A stretch of DNA of 13,502 nt from a virus. Lineage: Duplodnaviria > Heunggongvirae > Uroviricota > Caudoviricetes. Of the stretch, positions 8,143 to 13,502 are shown piece by piece (the stretch's first letter is position 1; every line of letters begins with the position of its first letter). The notes below the pieces were generated by a model, which was given only the letters and a program-made list of their open reading frames with translations, had not been told where the DNA came from and ran no database searches. The translations under genes and the position numbers were made by a program. The stretch covers positions 1-13,502 of the IMG/VR virus record IMGVR_UViG_2526164596_000007; one strand, written 5' to 3'.

Positions 8143-8464
8143 GAAACCAGAACATGCACACACAAAAAAACCGCTTGCCATGCCGCAATCAGTCAGGTTA
8201 CATTTCCACTGCACCTCATAAAACGGGTGCCGGGTTTCGCAGCCTGCTGACTACACAAGCGCACAACCGCGCCAGCGGTTTTTTTGTGCGTACTGTATTG
8301 CCACGTTTTTTTCGCGTCAGAATTATGGCGGGGCGTACGGGGCCGACTTCGGTCGGGCCGGGTTCTTGTGTAGCCGGTACTGCGAACCTCGTACGTCTCG
8401 CCACCCACAGTTTCGCAGCTCTGGATGGTGAGTTTTCACAACTTACTACACAAGGGGCCACACC
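8143..8464 (+). other. GC-rich, hairpin-rich non-coding island (candidate structured RNA or regulatory element)
   Basis: No plausible ORF. Contains a 15-bp inverted repeat (8161-8175 / 8274-8288) flanking about 100 bp, a C(UUCG)G tetraloop hairpin at 8343-8356, and a short hairpin plus T7 run at 8267-8285. Confidence 0.35.
8267..8285 (+). terminator. Putative weak intrinsic terminator (ccgc-gcca-gcgg followed by T7)
   Basis: Seen in sequence. The stem is short (4-6 bp), so the call is tentative. Confidence 0.35.
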
Positions 8465-8695
8465 ATGGCAAACCGCAAACAGCACCGCGCTATCGCGGAG
8501 CGTCGTCACATCCAGACTGAAATCAACCGCAGACTTTTCCGCGCATCACGCGTCGCGCAAATCATGCACATCAATATGCTGCATGAGCGCAGCCACGCAC
8601 TATCAAACATCTATTCCGCCGCTGTTTTCAGCTATCTGGCGGATGATCTGCACGAGCTTCAACAGCTCATCCAGCAGCAAAACAAACTCCATTAA
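8465..8695 (+). CDS. Hypothetical protein (76 aa)
   Basis: SD AGGGG at 8452-8456 precedes the ATG; charged, helical-looking sequence with no cysteines, so not Ogr-like. Confidence 0.5.
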   Translation: MANRKQHRAIAERRHIQTEINRRLFRASRVAQIMHINMLHERSHALSNIYSAAVFSYLADDLHELQQLIQQQNKLH

Positions 8696-8767
8696 TTCCT
8701 GTTCCGGGCCCTTCCTGCACCTTGCGGCGGGAGGCCTTCGCACATCTGTAACCAGAGGATTGCCGCA

Positions 8768-9133
8768 ATGATTCTCGCCAACGACTTTCTTGAATACCTG
8801 CTCAACACAGAGCGTGATCTTGCCGTTCGCGTGCGTGAACGTTATGACATGTACCTGAAATCCCTGCCTGTACCGCAGCTCGCTGACGGAAAGATTGTTA
8901 TTGATGGTCGCTACATGATTGACAGCCACGAGGGAAATTACAGGCTTTACCGCATTGAAGGTGGCACCCCGTCCGTTATTGGCATTTACCAGCGCCCATC
9001 CTCTGCAATCGTCGATGTGATTGCCGACAGCATCCGCATCACACATCGCCATGCCGACACAGAAGACACCGTGCTGGAAATTCAGCGGCTGGCTACAGTC
9101 TGCCGCGACACCCTGAATGGCATGACGAAGTAA
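8768..9133 (+). CDS. Hypothetical protein (121 aa)
   Basis: SD GAGGA at 8753-8757; ends 7 bp before the replicase start. Confidence 0.55.
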   Translation: MILANDFLEYLLNTERDLAVRVRERYDMYLKSLPVPQLADGKIVIDGRYMIDSHEGNYRLYRIEGGTPSVIGIYQRPSSAIVDVIADSIRITHRHADTEDTVLEIQRLATVCRDTLNGMTK

Positions 9134-9139
9134 ATCACT

Positions 9140-12013
9140 ATGACGGCAGAGTACATCAGGGACTGGCAACAACCGCGCCACGCAGTGGGGCGTGAAGGAA
9201 CGGGGATCCCCGCTCCTGAATCCGCGCTTTCCTCCTGGCTGGATGCCTACCGGGTAGAGAACGAGCGCCGCCAGGAAATGGCTGATGCGGCGTTCTCCGC
9301 AACGCCGCTGGGCAACCTGATTAATAAAAGCCTGGACGCACAGGAAAAACAGGACAAAACCATCACACTGGCAGGAGACGCCAGAAAACAGGCACGCGGC
9401 GCGGTGGATGAAGCCATGGCCTCGCTGCGCCTGCTGCCGTCCTATCTGCGCGATCCGCTTATTCGCCACCTCTCCTTCCTGCGCAAAAAACAGGAAGCCG
9501 ATCGCCGGAAAGGCAAAAAGAGCTGGCAGGCGGAACGCTATGCACGCGGAACCCTGCGCAAAATATTCGAACGTCTGGATCGCACTGACAGACACTGGCT
9601 GACACCGGGTTACCGCTCCCTTGCTGGACGCGAACGCCTGGACGATTTGCTTTACCTGCCGCAGCTCAACAAACACCAGATACAGACGCTGGCCACCATG
9701 ACAGCGGCGATGTTCAGCAGCACCTTCGAAAAACTCTGCGATGGCTTTGGCGCGACCGATGGCGAACTGACCATGGATGTAACGCTGAAGGCGTATCAGA
9801 TGCTGGCCCGCATGGCGTTACACCTGCACATCATGCCTCCACATTATGACGCACTGACAACAGATAAAGACCGGAGGAACGAACCGGACACGGAGCTGCT
9901 GCCGGGCGCAATCCTTCGCCTGACCTGTGCGGAATGGTGGAAACGCAAACTGTGGCTGTTACGTTGCGAGTGGAGAGAAGAACAACTCCGCGCCGCCTGT
10001 CTGGTTTCCAGAAAAACATCACCCTATCTGAGCCAGGACGCGTTAAGCGAGTTTCGCGCACAGCGCGAGAAAACACGCGATTTCCTGAAAAGTTTCATGC
10101 TGGAAAACGAAGACGGGTTCACGATTGATCTCGAGACAGTGTATTACGCGGGAGTAAGTAACCCGGTTCACCGTAAGGCAGAAATGATGGCCACCATGAA
10201 GGGGCTGGAACTTCTGGCCGAAGCCCGTGGCGACAAAGCGGTGTTTCTGACTGTCACCTGCCCGTCAAAATACCACGCCACAACAGAGAACGGTCATCCG
10301 AATCCCAAATGGAACGGGGCCACCATGCGCGACTCCAGCGATTACCTGGTTAACACGTTTTTTGCGGCGGTCCGCAAAAAACTGAACCGCGACGGCCTGC
10401 GCTGGTATGGCATCCGCACGGTGGAGCCTCACCATGACGGCACCGTGCACTGGCACATGATGGTCTTTGCTCATCCGGAAGAAATCGACAGCATCGTGGC
10501 CATCACCCGCGATATTGCCATTCAGGAAGACCGCCACGAGCTGGGCAATGATATTACTCCGCGCTTTAAGGCGGAGTATGTCGACGGCTCAAAAGGCACA
10601 CCAACCAGCTACATCGCCACCTACATCGGAAAGAACCTGGACAGCCGCGCCGTGGATGGCATCGACCCGAAAACGGGCAAGCCACGCGTTGACCACGAAA
10701 CCGGAAAATCAATGGCCGAGAGTGTGGAACGCGCCATCGGCTGGGCGCGCCTTCACCGGGTCCGCCAGTTCCAGTTCTTTGGCATCCCCTCCCGTCAGGT
10801 ATGGCGTGAACTCCGCCGCCTTGCCAGCCAGATGGCACGCAACCCGGAAGGCCCACAACGGCTGAAGGATGATGCAATGGATGCGGTACTCGCTGCCGCT
10901 GATGCCGGGTGTTTTGCCACCTACATTGAGAAACAGGGCGGCGTACTTGTTCCACGCAAAGACTACCTGATTCGCACCGCCTACGACCTCGCAGATGAGC
11001 TGAACGATTACGGCGAACAGAGCGTACAGATTTACGGGATCTGGTCACCACTCATCGGGGAATCCTCCCGTGTGTGCACGCACCCGGATAACTGGAAGCT
11101 GGTAAGACGTAAACCGGAAGCGGAAGACAGCACCCGCGAAAATGGTTTTGACCTTCAGGGCGGCCCTGCCGCCCCTTGGACTCGTGGCAATAACTGTCCC
11201 CGTGTACAGGAAACGGACAACAACGGGACAGAACAGCCGGAAGAACGGCCAGCACCGTGGCCGCAGCTCCCTGACGGCGTTGAAGTGAACGAATGGATGC
11301 GCTCACTGAAACGGCACGAACGCCGGGCGCTGATGCGTTCGCTTCGTGACAAACAGGCAAAAAACAGCAGTGATGAAATGCAGAGCTGGACACAGAGCCG
11401 CAAACAGCAGCGGCCTTTGCCTGATAACCACGAATTACTCGCTAAAGAATGGCGGGAGTCTGCTGAAGCTCTCGGCCTGCATATCGGTGAACAGCAGATG
11501 CAGCACCTGTTACGGGGCGGCAGTCTGTACGTTGACGGCAGCATCATTGCACCGCAGGGATTTGAAATTGTACGCAAACCGGATACCCGACCGGACAGCC
11601 GGATCACGCAGCTCTGGCAGCGCCTGAGCCGTAACCACGGCGTAAGCAGCACGGAGATCCGCCATAACCCGGTCGCCAGCTATCTGGCACAGCTGGGGGC
11701 ATCAGACCACGAAGCCGCCGCACGCCTGGCATCCACACTTCAGCAGGACCAGAACACCATGAAAACACCCGTTACCGTGCTTTCTGACATGCTGCGCGCC
11801 ATCCGCGACGCAGAGCACGCACAGAGAATCAGTGAAACCACTGAACGCGCCCGCCGCAAAGCAGATCTGCTGCGGGGTAGCCTGACCAGTGGAAACAAAA
11901 AACAGACAGAAACGGGATTCACAAATCCCGTAAATGAGCAAAAACGCGCCGCGATATATGAAGCGCGCACAAAACAGGCAAAAACGGGATTTCAGAATCC
12001 CGTAAACGATTAA
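9140..12013 (+). CDS. HUH rolling-circle replication initiator, P2 gpA family, with an extended C-terminus
   Basis: 957 aa. HUH motif HWH at residues 437-439 (VHWHMMVF) and a paired-tyrosine motif YIATYIGK (Y491/Y495) analogous to phiX174 gpA / P2 A. Positioned as the last early gene, as in P2. Confidence 0.85.
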   Translation: MTAEYIRDWQQPRHAVGREGTGIPAPESALSSWLDAYRVENERRQEMADAAFSATPLGNLINKSLDAQEKQDKTITLAGDARKQARGAVDEAMASLRLLPSYLRDPLIRHLSFLRKKQEADRRKGKKSWQAERYARGTLRKIFERLDRTDRHWLTPGYRSLAGRERLDDLLYLPQLNKHQIQTLATMTAAMFSSTFEKLCDGFGATDGELTMDVTLKAYQMLARMALHLHIMPPHYDALTTDKDRRNEPDTELLPGAILRLTCAEWWKRKLWLLRCEWREEQLRAACLVSRKTSPYLSQDALSEFRAQREKTRDFLKSFMLENEDGFTIDLETVYYAGVSNPVHRKAEMMATMKGLELLAEARGDKAVFLTVTCPSKYHATTENGHPNPKWNGATMRDSSDYLVNTFFAAVRKKLNRDGLRWYGIRTVEPHHDGTVHWHMMVFAHPEEIDSIVAITRDIAIQEDRHELGNDITPRFKAEYVDGSKGTPTSYIATYIGKNLDSRAVDGIDPKTGKPRVDHETGKSMAESVERAIGWARLHRVRQFQFFGIPSRQVWRELRRLASQMARNPEGPQRLKDDAMDAVLAAADAGCFATYIEKQGGVLVPRKDYLIRTAYDLADELNDYGEQSVQIYGIWSPLIGESSRVCTHPDNWKLVRRKPEAEDSTRENGFDLQGGPAAPWTRGNNCPRVQETDNNGTEQPEERPAPWPQLPDGVEVNEWMRSLKRHERRALMRSLRDKQAKNSSDEMQSWTQSRKQQRPLPDNHELLAKEWRESAEALGLHIGEQQMQHLLRGGSLYVDGSIIAPQGFEIVRKPDTRPDSRITQLWQRLSRNHGVSSTEIRHNPVASYLAQLGASDHEAAARLASTLQQDQNTMKTPVTVLSDMLRAIRDAEHAQRISETTERARRKADLLRGSLTSGNKKQTETGFTNPVNEQKRAAIYEARTKQAKTGFQNPVND
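11912..12003. repeat. Two copies of the palindrome acgggatt-N4-aatcccgt, 72 bp apart, inside the 3' end of the replicase ORF and just upstream of parM; candidate parC-like centromere and ParR operator
   Basis: Seen in sequence at 11912-11931 and 11984-12003. A possible parM promoter (TTCAGA at 11990-11995, ATTAAT at 12013-12018) overlaps the second copy. Confidence 0.45.
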
Positions 12014-12037
12014 TTAATCAACATAAGGAAAAGCGAC

Positions 12038-12998
12038 ATGAAAATTTGTATCGATGACGGCTCCACCAACATCAAGCTGGCATGGACTGAGAACGGCGAA
12101 CGCCGCAACGCCATCAGCCCGAACAGCTTCAAGTCGGAATGGTCTGCGCCGTTCGGTGACACGCAGCCCGCGAACTACATGCTTGATGGCGTGCGCTATG
12201 GTTTTGATCCGGTCAGCGATCGCTTTGTCCAGACGACCGACACGCAATACCAGTACAGCGATGTGAATGTCATTGCCATTCATCACGCGCTGGTCAAATC
12301 AGGCATCACACCACAGGAAGTGGATGTGGTTGTCACCCTGCCACTGAGCGAATATTTCGACACAAACGCACAGCCGGACATGGCCAACATCAACCGCAAA
12401 AAAGCAAACGTCGTGCGCCCGGTGGCGTACCAGAACGGAAAAAGCATTCACTATCCGTAACGTACGGGTTATGCCTGAATCCATTCCGGCTGGCTTTAAG
12501 GCACTGGCTGACATGAGTCCGTTTGAATCCCTGCTGATTGTGGATTTAGGCGGAACCACGCTGGATGTGGCAAAGGTTCAGGGACAACTGGCAGGTATCA
12601 GCCAGGTGTTTTGCGATCCACACGTAGGCGTTTCCCTGATGGCCGATGCCGTACTGTCGGTGATGGCCACTAACGGTATGCGTACCAGTCACCACATCGC
12701 CAATACCATTATCGAACATCGCCATGATGAAGCCTGGCTGCGCCAGCACATCCACAATGACGCGCATTACGCCAGCCTGATGGCGGTTATTCGTGAAAAG
12801 GAAGAAACACTGAAACAACGCGTGATCCGCGCGCTGGCGGGTTTTTCGGGTTACGGGCGGGTGATGGTTGTCGGTGGCGGGGCGGAGATTGTGGCACCCG
12901 CTATCCGCGAAGCCTGCGGAGTTAATGCGACTTTCATCGCGGACGGGGTGCCACAGTTTGCTCTGGTTAATGGGCTGTACGCAATGGACAAGGAGTAA
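12038..12998 (+). pseudogene. parM: ParM/StbA-type actin-like segregation ATPase, interrupted by a +1 frameshift in an A5 run
   Basis: N-terminus MKICIDDGSTNIKLAW matches R1 ParM (MLVFIDDGSTNIKLQW) as recalled. Phosphate-2 (LLIVDLGGTTLD) and adenosine (VMVVGGGAEI) motifs are present. The frame shifts from the 12038 frame to the 12471 frame at aaaaa (12439-12443); removing one A restores a continuous ORF of about 319 aa. Confidence 0.8.
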
Positions 12999-13002
12999 AC
13001 CA

Positions 13003-13314
13003 ATGACGACACCAACCAGACGGATAAGTTTCTATCTGAAGCCCGCCGCCGTCAAGAACGAAGGCGAAGCATGCGCCTGGCTGGACAGCCTTACACCAGA
13101 AGCCCGCAAAAGTGGTCAACGTGTGGCTTTTCTGGCCGGGCTGGCACTACTGAAAATGAATCCGGCAGAGGCTTACCGACTGGCTGCATGGGCTGATTAT
13201 GAGGCGTTATCAGTGACACAAACCAGGACAGAACGCCCCGCGTCACAGCCAGTATCAGCCGCACAGATAACCAGTCAGATGGCCGGAAATATCCGGGCGT
13301 TATTTCCCGAATAA
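13003..13314 (+). CDS. parR: ParR-like centromere-binding protein (103 aa)
   Basis: SD AGGAG at 12991-12995 sits 7 nt before the ATG. The N-terminal segment (RRISFYLKP...LDSL...AFLAGLAL) and C-terminal IRALFPE resemble R1 ParR as recalled. Lies immediately downstream of parM, as in parMRC loci. Confidence 0.65.
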   Translation: MTTPTRRISFYLKPAAVKNEGEACAWLDSLTPEARKSGQRVAFLAGLALLKMNPAEAYRLAAWADYEALSVTQTRTERPASQPVSAAQITSQMAGNIRALFPE

Positions 13315-13377
13315 CACAACATCAGGGCGCATCCGCCCGGATGACTTTAACCCGGGAGCATAAACAAGGGGGACACA

Positions 13378-13502
13378 ATGCAACACATTGACAGAGAAAA
13401 AGCGCAGCGACTGATTGAGCGGATGGAAGCGCTGGCGAAAGAAGAAAATGTCAACATCCAAAAAATAGCTGAATGTGGCCAGATAGTTCTTCGTCGTGAA
13501 AA
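13378..13502 (+). CDS. Hypothetical protein, 5' portion only (runs off the window end)
   Basis: SD-like aaggggga upstream of the ATG at 13378; the frame stays open to the window end (MQHIDREKAQRLIERMEALAKEENVNIQKIAECGQIVLRRE...). Confidence 0.4.
   Translation, partial: MQHIDREKAQRLIERMEALAKEENVNIQKIAECGQIVLRRE

Larger units (their letters stand above)
3793..13502. mobile_element. P2-like prophage, integrase-proximal early arm (int, C, cox-like, early ORFs, gpA-like replicase, parMR cargo); continues beyond the window end
   Basis: Gene order and orientation match the P2 int-C / cox-...-A early region. The integrase C-terminus (HALRHTFASHFMMNGG...TTMIYAHLAPDYLQDA) closely resembles my recollection of P2 Int. 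Base composition changes abruptly at about 3793, next to core btu genes. Confidence 0.75.

Noticed and set aside
8143-8464. Retron msr/msd or CRISPR-like element in the non-coding island
   Set aside because: There is no reverse transcriptase or cas gene nearby, and the repeats are not regularly spaced tandem units. Only a generic structured-RNA or regulatory interpretation is supportable.
8154-8771. 205-aa plus-strand ORF spanning the non-coding island
   Set aside because: Its Ser/Thr/Arg-rich composition is not protein-like, it has no SD, and it overlaps the well-supported 8465 and 8768 genes out of frame. It looks like a chance open frame in GC-rich DNA.
10566-11652. Three long minus-strand ORFs (10566-11051, 11052-11393, 11155-11652) inside the replicase gene
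   Set aside because: They are antisense to a strongly supported gpA-family ORF carrying conserved catalytic motifs. Their Arg/Cys/Ser-rich translations are typical of spurious antisense frames in GC-rich coding DNA.
12437-12446. Programmed ribosomal frameshift in parM
   Set aside because: There is no slippery heptamer or downstream stimulatory structure context, and known ParM proteins are single-frame products. A simple +1 indel in an A-run (mutation or sequencing error) is the more economical explanation.
12868-13002. Longer 148-aa version of the parR ORF starting at 12868
   Set aside because: This upstream portion overlaps the 3' end of parM in another frame. An ATG at 13003 with a well-spaced AGGAG SD gives a ParR-sized 103-aa protein.

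Overview
The window has two parts. Bases 1-3792 are an Escherichia coli-type chromosomal segment, all on the minus strand: ydiV (3' part cut by the window start), nlpC, btuD, btuE and btuC. From about 3793 to the window end is the integrase-proximal early arm of a P2-like temperate phage: a P2-type tyrosine integrase and C-like repressor (minus strand), a palindromic operator switch, then a rightward operon of a Cox-like gene, about ten small early ORFs and a 957-aa HUH rolling-circle replication initiator (P2 gpA family). Two things stand out. Immediately after the replicase, where P2 carries variable cargo, sits a plasmid-type ParM/ParR actin-like partition cassette whose parM is split by a +1 frameshift in an A5 run, preceded by paired palindromes inside the 3' end of the replicase ORF. 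There is also a 322-bp GC-rich, hairpin-rich non-coding island inside the early operon, and a gene translationally coupled downstream of the integrase. All homology statements are from reading the translations and from memory of the named families; no database search was run.
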